Shown here: piece by piece, positions 14,986-24,332 of the stretch
How positions within the stretch are numbered: the first letter of the stretch is position 1
Layout: every line of letters begins with the position of its first letter
From: a virus
Taxonomy: Duplodnaviria; Caudoviricetes
Reading direction: 5' to 3' (one strand)
Length of the DNA: 35,652 nucleotides
Virus record (IMG/VR): IMGVR_UViG_3300033067_000948
Location: 1-35,652 of that record
The notes under the pieces: model-generated
What the model was told of the DNA's origin: nothing
The model's input: the letters and a program-made list of their open reading frames with translations, nothing else
The model's database searches: none
Position numbers and translations under genes: made by a program

Positions 14986-17892
14986 ATGAGAATTTCAGGA
15001 ACTATTGAACTTGATGGCTTGTATGTGACCTTTAACCAAGGCACCAGCCAGCAGACTACTCTGCAAGCCGGCGCGCCTGCAAGTAATATTACACTGCAAC
15101 TGCCAACCACGGCGGACACCTTGGCCGGGCTTGCAGCCACGCAGACCCTCACGAACAAGACGATCAACGCCGCAAACAATACGATCAGCAACTTAACAGT
15201 CAGCATGCTGGCCGCCGGCGTTCTCAATACTAGCACCAGCTTAACTGGCGCTACAGACTCCCAAGTGCCAAGTGCACTGGCAGCCAAGACCTATGCCGAT
15301 AACGCGGCTGCGTCAGGCCTGGCTACCAAGGCCGATAAGACGACAACCATCAGCGCCGGCACTGGGCTCACAGGCGGCGGCGATCTTTCAGCCAACCGCA
15401 CGATAGCCCTGGCTGATACTGCTGTCACGCTCGGCTCTTATGGATCTGCCACGCAAGTAGCCACTTTCACAGTTGACCAACAGGGGCGTTTGACGGCCGC
15501 CGGTAATACAAGCATACAGATCGCCGAGTCGCAGGTAACTAACCTGGTTACTGACCTGGCCGGCAAGCAGGCGGCGGACGTAGACCTCGACGCCTTGGCA
15601 GCCTTGGCTACGACCGGACTAATTGCCAGAACAGGATCCGGCTCAGCCGCGACACGCACCATCACAGCGCCTGCTGCAGGTATCACAATAAGCAACGGCG
15701 ACGGCGTCAGCGGCAACCCTACTTTGGCGCTAGCGGACGACTTGGCCGCTTTGGAAGCTTTGAGCGGAACTGGCATTGCTGTGCGAACGGCCTCTAATGC
15801 CTGGGCGCAGCGCTCTGTGGCAGCAGGAACAGGCATATCTGTAACAAATGGCGATGGAGTAAGTGGCAACCCCACTGTGGCGATTGATAGCACAGTGGCG
15901 ACGTTGACGGGTTCTCAGACACTGACAAATAAAACTCTGGATAACCCAATTATTGACAACTCTCTGACGATGCTACAAGAGAGCACGCCGGCAACGCCAA
16001 GTTCCGGGCGCGTCCGGGTTTATCCAAAGACCGATAATAATCTATATATCTTAGACTCCTCTGGTGTTGAGACTCAAATTGGATCTGGCGGCGGCTCCGG
16101 CACCGGCTCTCTGAACATCGTCGATAACCCCAGCGCCGCGACTAACACCACTGGCTGGACGGCCGCGACCAACTACACCGTCTCGCGCGACACTTCCAAC
16201 TCGCCACTGGCTGGTGTAATCGACTCCTGCTTCGCTATCAGCACGACGACAGCTTCGAGCGAACAGTATACGCCCTCTATCAGCGGCGTGTACGCGACCT
16301 CGCTCGCAATGCCCGCAGCCCTTCGCAACAGCAAGGTGCAGGGCAACCTTTGGGTGACTGTCCCAGCTACCTCGGCGGGCGTCTGGCGCTTGTCGGTTTA
16401 CAACGCGTCTGGTACACGCATGACTCTCGACCGTGATAGCGCAGGCGTATTCACGCTTCCTGGTGGTTATACTGGTCAACTGCCGTTCACTTTCGATGCG
16501 GACAGCAGCGCAACTTACACCGTGAGTTTCACGCAGACGACACGCACAAGCGCTAACACGCTGTATGTGACGCTTTTGAGCATTGGCAACGGTAACGTGT
16601 CGCAGACGGCTGCTGCAGGCGGTTCAATCAGCTACACCCCGACATTTAACGGATTCGGTACACCGTCTACCACTGAAATTGAATATTCCCAAACAATTAA
16701 CAAAATTCGCATATTGGGTCGCTTTGTTCCTGGCACCACAACCGCCGCCGAAGCAAGACTCGGCCTCCCTAACAGCTGGACAGTTGGACAAACCGCCGGT
16801 GCATCCACGGTTAAGGTAGTCGGCTCATGGTGGACAAACAGCAGCTCAGCATCAACCAGAAAGCGCGGCACCTTATTGGCTTTAACTGGTGATACTTACA
16901 TTAAATTCGGCAGCGATGACTACACCACGGCTTCTGCTCCAGGGACGGCGCTAAACGGTAACGTAGTCGAGGCCGGCACTAACTCAATCTTTATAGACTG
17001 TACTATCAACGTCTCTGACCTAGCAGGCAGCGTATCCACTGGTCCTGCGCCGGCTGAGGAGTTTGCATATAACTCGTCCACAGCTACCACAGGGAACGAC
17101 GACGCCAGCTTTGCCTACGGACCGCAGGGTGTTCAGTTTTACAGCGTTACCGCAGCAGGGCGTAGACGTGTAAGATTCCAATACCCGATACAAGCCGACG
17201 ATGAAATTGTCTTGGAAACATCTTTCGACAGCGGCGCAACGTGGGGCGCAGTAGGTGCAGGCAGCAGCTTTGTGGTTGAGACACAACGTCAAGGCGCTGT
17301 TTTGTACGGCTTCAACTGGAGTAAGGTAGCAGGCAACGCGACCGATATAGATGTAGATTTTCAATCAACCCGCTCCCCTAGTGGTACTGGTTCATACGCT
17401 GCTGCCGGCTCGCTCTGGTCTGACCTAAACTCTTCAGCCAACCGCTGGCGCGTACGCAAGACCAAGAAAGCGTCGCTGCCGTTTGCGAACGCAACAGCGG
17501 ACACTAGCGGACTGATACCGAACTACTCACACGTAGTAAGAAGCACAACTCTAGCAGGTGCCGCAACAACCCCTACAGTAACTGTCAATCAGGTACGTAT
17601 TGGTAAGCTTGTAACAATCACTGTTGCGAGACTTCCAGTCACTTCCGGTGAAGTTACAAAAAGTGGGACCGGGTATCTCTCATTCTCGTTAGATTCGCAT
17701 TTCTACCCATCCACTCAAACATGGTTTAACAACTACGGGGTCATAGGTACGGGTAACAACACAACAGTGCTTTGGGAGATAACCACAGGTGGCGAAGTTC
17801 GCATGTATAACAACGTCGCGGGCGCAACCATTGCAAACGGTGTAGTTTGCGGCTGGAACCAAGCTTTAACTTTCTCTTACGTTGTCACCTAA
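14986..17892 (+). CDS. tail fibre / receptor-binding protein, 968 aa
   Basis: QTLTNKT twice, GTGLTGGGDLSANRTIAL, GSYGSATQVATFTVDQQGRLTAA, NGDGVSGNPT twice; G/S/T/A-rich with modular C-terminal domains. Confidence 0.85.
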   Translation: MRISGTIELDGLYVTFNQGTSQQTTLQAGAPASNITLQLPTTADTLAGLAATQTLTNKTINAANNTISNLTVSMLAAGVLNTSTSLTGATDSQVPSALAAKTYADNAAASGLATKADKTTTISAGTGLTGGGDLSANRTIALADTAVTLGSYGSATQVATFTVDQQGRLTAAGNTSIQIAESQVTNLVTDLAGKQAADVDLDALAALATTGLIARTGSGSAATRTITAPAAGITISNGDGVSGNPTLALADDLAALEALSGTGIAVRTASNAWAQRSVAAGTGISVTNGDGVSGNPTVAIDSTVATLTGSQTLTNKTLDNPIIDNSLTMLQESTPATPSSGRVRVYPKTDNNLYILDSSGVETQIGSGGGSGTGSLNIVDNPSAATNTTGWTAATNYTVSRDTSNSPLAGVIDSCFAISTTTASSEQYTPSISGVYATSLAMPAALRNSKVQGNLWVTVPATSAGVWRLSVYNASGTRMTLDRDSAGVFTLPGGYTGQLPFTFDADSSATYTVSFTQTTRTSANTLYVTLLSIGNGNVSQTAAAGGSISYTPTFNGFGTPSTTEIEYSQTINKIRILGRFVPGTTTAAEARLGLPNSWTVGQTAGASTVKVVGSWWTNSSSASTRKRGTLLALTGDTYIKFGSDDYTTASAPGTALNGNVVEAGTNSIFIDCTINVSDLAGSVSTGPAPAEEFAYNSSTATTGNDDASFAYGPQGVQFYSVTAAGRRRVRFQYPIQADDEIVLETSFDSGATWGAVGAGSSFVVETQRQGAVLYGFNWSKVAGNATDIDVDFQSTRSPSGTGSYAAAGSLWSDLNSSANRWRVRKTKKASLPFANATADTSGLIPNYSHVVRSTTLAGAATTPTVTVNQVRIGKLVTITVARLPVTSGEVTKSGTGYLSFSLDSHFYPSTQTWFNNYGVIGTGNNTTVLWEITTGGEVRMYNNVAGATIANGVVCGWNQALTFSYVVT

Positions 17893-17904
17893 CCAAAACC
17901 AAAC

Positions 17905-17924
17905 GGGTCGCCTTCGGGCGGCTC
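17905..17924 (+). terminator. UUCG-capped hairpin after the tail fibre gene
   Basis: GGGTCGCC-TTCG-GGCGGCTC; weak U-tract. Confidence 0.5.
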
Positions 17925-17949
17925 ATTCGGCTCTGGGAGGGCCGTGCCA

Positions 17950-18156
17950 ATGAACGAAAAATTGTTCGAGATGCTAGATGACCGGCTGAATCGAATGGAC
18001 GAGAAGCTTGACAGGATAATCAACCAGCACGGCGACCACAAGGAGAGGCTGGTTAAGTTGGAAAGTCAGGCTGGGTTTTTTAAGTGGATTTTTGGCGCAG
18101 CAGTTACTATACTAGGATCGCTAGCCACCTGGCTGATTGATCGCACTTATAAATAA
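17950..18156 (+). CDS. XhlA/holin-like protein (coiled coil plus C-terminal transmembrane segment)
   Basis: RLNRMDEKLDRI...RLVKLE...FFKWIFGAAVTILGSLATWLI; GGAGG at 17936-17940 favours ATG17950. Confidence 0.6.
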   Translation: MNEKLFEMLDDRLNRMDEKLDRIINQHGDHKERLVKLESQAGFFKWIFGAAVTILGSLATWLIDRTYK

Positions 18157-18167
18157 GGAGTTTTATT

Positions 18168-18398
18168 ATGAAAGATTTTGACATGATGCTGGATGAGCTG
18201 CTTGACATGCACCCAGAAGCTGCCAAAGAAGTGGAAGCTCTCCGCTCCAAAGTCGGCGAAGGTATGGAAGCTGAAGGCGAAGATATGATGATGGAAGGCG
18301 AAGAGATGGAAGAGGGTGCCATGCCCTTCAAACCTATCCCAGCCGACCTGGCTGATGAAGAGGAAGAAGAAGAAGAAGACGAAGCAGAAATGTATTGA
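18168..18398 (+). CDS. very acidic small protein
   Basis: AAGGAG SD; 30 D/E versus 5 K/R in 76 aa. Confidence 0.7.
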   Translation: MKDFDMMLDELLDMHPEAAKEVEALRSKVGEGMEAEGEDMMMEGEEMEEGAMPFKPIPADLADEEEEEEEDEAEMY

Positions 18399-18406
18399 GG
18401 TAAGCC

Positions 18407-19366
18407 ATGCCAACGACTGTCGATGACCTGATCAGTCAGATACGCTCAGCTACTGACGAATTAAACACCGAGTACGAAAGTGACGCAGAGATTCTGCAGA
18501 CACTTAATCGCGCGCAACGTAATGCCACTAACATTATTTCGCGCAAGTATCCGGACCTGTTTACAAAGTCTGTAAATATAACGACAGACGGCGGCTATTT
18601 TTACGACATCCCGCCCGAGGCGGCTGGACGAAGAATCCTGCACGTCGAGTGCTACTTAAATCAAATAGCCTACGGCATGAACCGCGTCACAGAGATACAG
18701 GCGACTAATTACCGCACCAATGCGCAGTCCTCTAGGCCGCTATACTACGTCATGGCAAAGAACCAATTAGAGCTGTTGCCGCGACCAACTAGCGGTGTAG
18801 TTGTGAAACTGTACTACCTAGACCGCAGCCAGCCCCTGGTTACTTCGCAAGGCCGCATTACGCTGGTCGATTCCGGCGACAACCTGGTTCAACTTGATTC
18901 AATAGGGGCCAGCCTCTCCACTACTGTTACAGGCTTTAGCTCTTACGTCAACTTTATTGATTATAACACTGGAGCTGTCAAAGGCACCTGCCAGATTGCC
19001 GCTATCAATACTACCTCAAAAGAGGTGACGTTTAAGACTAGCGGGCTGACTCGCACAACTGTGCTAGGTATGCCGATCAGCACATCTATTCCGGCCGACT
19101 TGGCCGAGGACGACTATGTGTGCCTAGTCACCGGGACATGTGTACCGGAACTGGATGATGTGTACTGTGACTTCTTGCTGCAATACAGCGTCGTGGATAT
19201 TCGACGCAGATTTGGCGAGCCTCTTAATGAAGAGCTAGAAGCCCTAGATCGGATTGGCAAAGAGCTAGAGGCAATGTGGGCCGGACGCAGATCTCCTGGG
19301 CGAGTGCGCAAAGCTAACATTAATTACCGCAATACCGATGGTAGTCTGATCCGTTACTTCCAGTAA
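18407..19366 (+). CDS. head-tail adaptor (tail tubular A / P22 gp4-like position) with inserted domain
   Basis: TVDDLISQIRS...EILQTLNRAQ...YDIP...RPLYY...LELLPRP...VPEL...LLQY pattern of podovirus adaptors. Confidence 0.7.
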   Translation: MPTTVDDLISQIRSATDELNTEYESDAEILQTLNRAQRNATNIISRKYPDLFTKSVNITTDGGYFYDIPPEAAGRRILHVECYLNQIAYGMNRVTEIQATNYRTNAQSSRPLYYVMAKNQLELLPRPTSGVVVKLYYLDRSQPLVTSQGRITLVDSGDNLVQLDSIGASLSTTVTGFSSYVNFIDYNTGAVKGTCQIAAINTTSKEVTFKTSGLTRTTVLGMPISTSIPADLAEDDYVCLVTGTCVPELDDVYCDFLLQYSVVDIRRRFGEPLNEELEALDRIGKELEAMWAGRRSPGRVRKANINYRNTDGSLIRYFQ

Positions 19367-19376
19367 GGAGCTGCCC

Positions 19377-22300
19377 GTGGCCTACGATTTTCAGACAATA
19401 AGCTTTAAAAACTTTGGCTTAGGTATCAATGCCAAATCGTCTCCAAACGAACTGGCCGACGGTTATTCTGAGCGTCTGACTAACGTAGACATAAACAACT
19501 CGTCGTTAACCAAGCGGCGCGGCTACCAGGGATACGCCGGCTGGCTACCTCTTCGCGTGCGTGAGGCCCAGCATACGGTTGATGGTAAGCTCAAACTTTT
19601 CTTTGATGGCGACGTGTCATTTGTCAATACCGGCGTGGTGCCGATCGTGGTCTACGGCCGGCTGGACAGCGACCTGTCAGCTAGTGGCACACCAGTTGCT
19701 TTCACTTCGACGTCGGATATTGGACGCTATTATAGCACGTTTAGCGGCTCGATCCCGTACACCTTCACCGCCCCGAGCGGCACCGGCACAGGTTTTAACC
19801 CCGGATCCTCAGACGAACTGTTCCTCGTTGTACAGCGCAGCACTTTAGCTGGGTCAGCCAACAGCGAGTGGTTCCTGGCGGACTCGTATGAGGTGGAAAG
19901 CACGCCGGCTTATGATGCGAGCATTAGCTGGTCTGGCCTGGCCGCAAACATTGATGTATTTGTATCCAGCTATAACTTTACAGGCGCGACGGGCCGCGAA
20001 CTGGTATACACATATGTGGCCGGTGCAGGTACGCAAAATATTGATATATCTACTCTTGATAACTTAACTCCAATTGTTCAGTGCTATTATGACGCCGCTG
20101 GGACATGGGTCCAGTTTATACCTGACGCCTTAACGTTAGAACCCACTCTAGGCTTTGTAGATATTACCACGTCATTTGCGTCTAGCACAGACGTGATGAT
20201 CTTGTTCTACGCGCCAAACGCAGCGGATGTCGTAAGCACCACAGTGATGAGCGGCGGCGGGACAGTAGTAATACCTACTACTTATGACTTCTTTACGTTC
20301 TCCTGCTATAGCAACAATAGCATGATCTTACCTGACGCCATGAGTTACGATGCTTCGGCGCAGGAAGCCACATACACGTTTAGCTCGCTGCCAATCAACA
20401 CGGCTGTAACCATCTGTTTCATGCCGACTGATGTGCAGGCTAACTTCTTGACAGTAGATACGCCCGGCGACACATCCGTGTACACAGATACCAGCCCGCA
20501 ACTAACTGTGTGGGGGTTTAATCAGGATACCTTGTATGATGACGGAGCACCAAACGGCGCAAAGGTGATGCACATTGACGCGTACCGCCGCGAGGGAGAG
20601 CAGCGACTGCTGGCCGGTATCAACGGCGTACTTATGCGTGCGGACACTGCAGAGGAGTCTGGCACGACTTATAAATTTGGCAGCACCACAGTGGCAATGG
20701 ACGCGCGTGTCGACAATAACCAGAACATTGGCCCAGCTTTTGCAGCCACGGCTGCTGTTGCGGCGCGCTCAGCTGGACTTGTGCGGGCAGACAACATAAC
20801 TTCCAGCAACCAAGCTATATGTGTTAGTGTAGCTTTTGTGGCCTCCGGTCAGGCAGTTTATACACTATCGCTGGTAAATAAGACTGGCACGCTGGCGGCG
20901 TCGCTGACAGCCAACGACTACGTGACAGTGACCGGGTGCGGCCAAACTATTCACAACGGGACTTTCAAGATTATTTCGACTAATGACACAAACAATACTA
21001 TCACTGTGTCCAATCCACTGGTTACATCCAATCGTTACGACGAGAGCGGTATGTTGGCCAAACTGGCCGTCTATACCGACAAGTTCACTGTACAAACTCC
21101 GTCGCCGCGTTTCTTGACTGGGGACATGATAGCCCTGTCATCAAACGTAACCTATGAATGTTTATTATGCGACGCCGTAACTGTGTATTTAACCGGAGTT
21201 ACGGCATACAATGCGCTCGTAGCTTCCAATAAGATCTATGTCACGCGAGCCACATCATTACTGCCGGTTACCAGCGCAGCTAACTTTGTGTGCGGCGACA
21301 TGCTCGACGTGACCGGAATGGCCAATAAGCCTAGAATACTTGAAATAAACCCGTCGAGTACTCAGTCCTGTACAATAACTAGCGACGGCACAACCGCCAC
21401 CGTGACGGCCGGCGGCACAATAAACTTTCGCGCTGGGATGAAGGTAATTATCACTAGCGACTCAGACCCGCAAGTTAATGGCGAGTACACAATAGTATCC
21501 GCCCCCACAGTAGAGTCATTTACCATTAGTGCCACTTGGATAGTCACAGCTCTATCTGCTTCTATTGTCGGCCCGACACTGCAGATAGACGAAGAGATTG
21601 ACGCCTACGATGCCTCGTCGCCCATGACGATAGCCACGGCAGAGCGGTGGGTGCCGCTGGAGTCGCCGGTCACGTCCGATAACTTGCCTAAGTCAACCTA
21701 TTATCAGCACATGCCGTCTGATGGGTTTACTAACCAGGCGACCGTGCGGTCTACTGTTATCGCCGACAATATGTATTTCACAAATAACCAGGATGAAGTA
21801 CTTAAATACGACGGCACCAGCGTGTACCGCGCCGGCCTCCAGTACTGGGCACCGCAACTGTTTTCTAACGTGGATACCGGCACAGCGTCCATACCGCTCA
21901 ACAGCACCCTGGCTTCGGCCACGGCAGCCGGTTCTGTGTTTACTGTAGCGTTGGGCGCGCAAGCCGCGTTTGCAGTTGGTTCTACAATCGTGTCTAACTT
22001 GGGCGACACATATACTGTGTCCGCAATAGGCTCTAGTGGCAGCAACGGAACGGTTACGGTTACCGCGTCAATCACCAGTCCAGGATCCGTGACCAGCATC
22101 CAACTGGCTAATCGCTATCGGTACTACTTCCGCCTGAACGCCATTGATGCCAATGGCAATGTGACCGCAGGAGCTGTGACCGGCCTGGATGACTACGTGA
22201 TTGACATGACTGCTGCCGGTCAGATCAAGCATAAGCTGGTGGGCTTGCCAGCATTTGGTATGTACAACTACGATTCGCTAGATGTCGAGGTGTACCGCAC

Positions 22301-24332
22301 ACTGGTAGGTAGCAGCGGACCCTACTACCGCGTAGGCGTGGTGGATCTCAACTTTAATAATGCTGCCGGATACATAGAGTTTACAGACGCCACGGCCGAC
22401 ACGTTCCTCTCCGCACTGGACCCGGTGAACACTGCATTGTTAGGTGAAGAATTGGGCGTGGCCTGGTCGCAACCATTGCGCGCCAAGTATGTAACGTCCA
22501 TGAACAACAAGCTGCTACTTATGAATGTCAAAGGGTACCCCCAGTTAGACGTGTCGCTGCTTGCTGACAACGGCTTTGGCTCGCTCGCCACGTCGGCTCT
22601 TTCCGGTAAGACTGTTATACTTCGGAAGGACAGTAATGACACCGGGCTAACTACTAACATGATTGACCGCGTCAGCTTCGAGTTTGTGACATCAAGCAGC
22701 GGCACAGTGTCATCAGTAACCAGCGCCAGCGGCTACTTTGAGGTTACAACCGGGGCGGCGCATGGCCTGGCAGCTAAGGACTGGGTGTATTTGTATCACT
22801 CGGCTACAGGTAACAATAAGGACCTGACGTTTGCCGGATGGTTCCAAGTGGCCTCTACTCCCGGGGCCACAACTTTCCGCGTAACTGCGGTTGGTACGCT
22901 AGCCACGAGCGGCGCGGATGTTAATACTTGGGCAAAAGCCACCAGTGGGTACGTCCCAGTCTTCTTGGGCACAGACGGTAACTATGCACAAATAGGCGCA
23001 AATGTACTCAATGAACTCACCGCTATTCAGCGCCTGGCCTCTGCAATCAACGCCACAATGCGCATGGTTGACGTGACTTTGACAGGGCAGACGCAGTTCA
23101 CGCCGTGGATTGCCGCTGCCGCCGGCAGTACACAGGGACCTGGGCGTATGGTGCTTCGGCAAGATGTTGTGCTTGATACTACATTTGAGCTAGTCTTGTC
23201 TGGTGCGATTACTGGCGCTAGCTGGTACGTTGACGGAACCAAGCGCTCCGCTGCTTCGTCTGCGCAAGCTTTGACGCCGCTATTTCAGTCGCGCATCATA
23301 GCCTCGTATGAAAACTATCCAGAGATCTTTGATAGCCCCGATCAGATCAGCGGCCCGGCTGCCAGCGTCATTGACATCAACGCAGCGGACGGTGAAGAGC
23401 TGACAGGCGGTCTGCCATTCTTTGGTACGTCTGCGTTTACCGCGTCTAACCAGGAACAGTTCCTTATTGCCTTTAAAGAGAACTCGATATACGCCGTTGA
23501 TGTTACTAACGGAATAGCCAGTAAGTTACGCAGTCGAGGTCTCGGTTGTACAGCTCCATACTCTATTGCCCCAACACGCGATGGTATTATGTTTGCAAAC
23601 AACAGCGGCGTGTACAAGTTAGATAATAATTTGAATGTGGTATACACTGGTCTTTTCATAGAAAAGATCTATCAGGACGAAGTAAACCGCGACGCCCTGG
23701 CTGTTGCAACTGGCACACATTACGCAATTGGCAGCGTGTATAAGCTTTCTATACCGCTGGTAGGCGAACTGAAAAACTCAAACGTGTTAGTGTACAACCA
23801 TCAAAGCGAAGAGAATGGAGTACTTGGGGCCTGGACAGAGTATACCAATCACCCGGCGACAGGGTGGGCCAACCTGGGTAACGACGCGTTCTTTGCCACA
23901 AGCACAGGGTCGGTATTCTCTATACGCAACCAAGATGATGCAACGGACTTCCGCGACGACGGAGAGGCTGTGGCCGAAATGACTATGTTGCTGCGGGCCA
24001 ATGATTTTGGGGCCGCCGGCATACGTAAGAATGTAGCATATATAACCACGCACTTTGAAATGCGATACAGTGACAACATTGACACCGCTATTCGAGTGGC
24101 GTATGATCTGCAGACGGCGTTCGAAAGCGCCGGCGAATTTGACTTTATCAAAGGCCCTAATACAAAAGTTAAATTTGCTCAGGCATCTGTGCCGCGCCGC
24201 AAGTCCAACTACATCCAGGTTAAGTACAGTAACTCAACCAAAGACGAGTCTGTGATTCTGGCCGGGGTAGACTATACTGTAAGTGGCTTGTCTTATCTGG
24301 GTGTTAACGAAATTAGTTCAGGAGCAAGATAA
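19377..24332 (+). CDS. tail nozzle / packaged-DNA stabilisation protein, 1651 aa
   Basis: GTG start with AAGGAG SD; N-terminal FGLGIN...NVDI...LTKRRGY and C-terminal beta-propeller-like LIAFKENSIY...LGCTAPYSI...GIMFANNSGVYKL; follows the adaptor. Confidence 0.7.
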   Translation: MAYDFQTISFKNFGLGINAKSSPNELADGYSERLTNVDINNSSLTKRRGYQGYAGWLPLRVREAQHTVDGKLKLFFDGDVSFVNTGVVPIVVYGRLDSDLSASGTPVAFTSTSDIGRYYSTFSGSIPYTFTAPSGTGTGFNPGSSDELFLVVQRSTLAGSANSEWFLADSYEVESTPAYDASISWSGLAANIDVFVSSYNFTGATGRELVYTYVAGAGTQNIDISTLDNLTPIVQCYYDAAGTWVQFIPDALTLEPTLGFVDITTSFASSTDVMILFYAPNAADVVSTTVMSGGGTVVIPTTYDFFTFSCYSNNSMILPDAMSYDASAQEATYTFSSLPINTAVTICFMPTDVQANFLTVDTPGDTSVYTDTSPQLTVWGFNQDTLYDDGAPNGAKVMHIDAYRREGEQRLLAGINGVLMRADTAEESGTTYKFGSTTVAMDARVDNNQNIGPAFAATAAVAARSAGLVRADNITSSNQAICVSVAFVASGQAVYTLSLVNKTGTLAASLTANDYVTVTGCGQTIHNGTFKIISTNDTNNTITVSNPLVTSNRYDESGMLAKLAVYTDKFTVQTPSPRFLTGDMIALSSNVTYECLLCDAVTVYLTGVTAYNALVASNKIYVTRATSLLPVTSAANFVCGDMLDVTGMANKPRILEINPSSTQSCTITSDGTTATVTAGGTINFRAGMKVIITSDSDPQVNGEYTIVSAPTVESFTISATWIVTALSASIVGPTLQIDEEIDAYDASSPMTIATAERWVPLESPVTSDNLPKSTYYQHMPSDGFTNQATVRSTVIADNMYFTNNQDEVLKYDGTSVYRAGLQYWAPQLFSNVDTGTASIPLNSTLASATAAGSVFTVALGAQAAFAVGSTIVSNLGDTYTVSAIGSSGSNGTVTVTASITSPGSVTSIQLANRYRYYFRLNAIDANGNVTAGAVTGLDDYVIDMTAAGQIKHKLVGLPAFGMYNYDSLDVEVYRTLVGSSGPYYRVGVVDLNFNNAAGYIEFTDATADTFLSALDPVNTALLGEELGVAWSQPLRAKYVTSMNNKLLLMNVKGYPQLDVSLLADNGFGSLATSALSGKTVILRKDSNDTGLTTNMIDRVSFEFVTSSSGTVSSVTSASGYFEVTTGAAHGLAAKDWVYLYHSATGNNKDLTFAGWFQVASTPGATTFRVTAVGTLATSGADVNTWAKATSGYVPVFLGTDGNYAQIGANVLNELTAIQRLASAINATMRMVDVTLTGQTQFTPWIAAAAGSTQGPGRMVLRQDVVLDTTFELVLSGAITGASWYVDGTKRSAASSAQALTPLFQSRIIASYENYPEIFDSPDQISGPAASVIDINAADGEELTGGLPFFGTSAFTASNQEQFLIAFKENSIYAVDVTNGIASKLRSRGLGCTAPYSIAPTRDGIMFANNSGVYKLDNNLNVVYTGLFIEKIYQDEVNRDALAVATGTHYAIGSVYKLSIPLVGELKNSNVLVYNHQSEENGVLGAWTEYTNHPATGWANLGNDAFFATSTGSVFSIRNQDDATDFRDDGEAVAEMTMLLRANDFGAAGIRKNVAYITTHFEMRYSDNIDTAIRVAYDLQTAFESAGEFDFIKGPNTKVKFAQASVPRRKSNYIQVKYSNSTKDESVILAGVDYTVSGLSYLGVNEISSGAR

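Noticed and set aside
17700-17924. Diversity-generating retroelement target at the tail fibre C-terminus (AAC codons, downstream hairpin)
   Set aside because: No template repeat or reverse transcriptase in the window.
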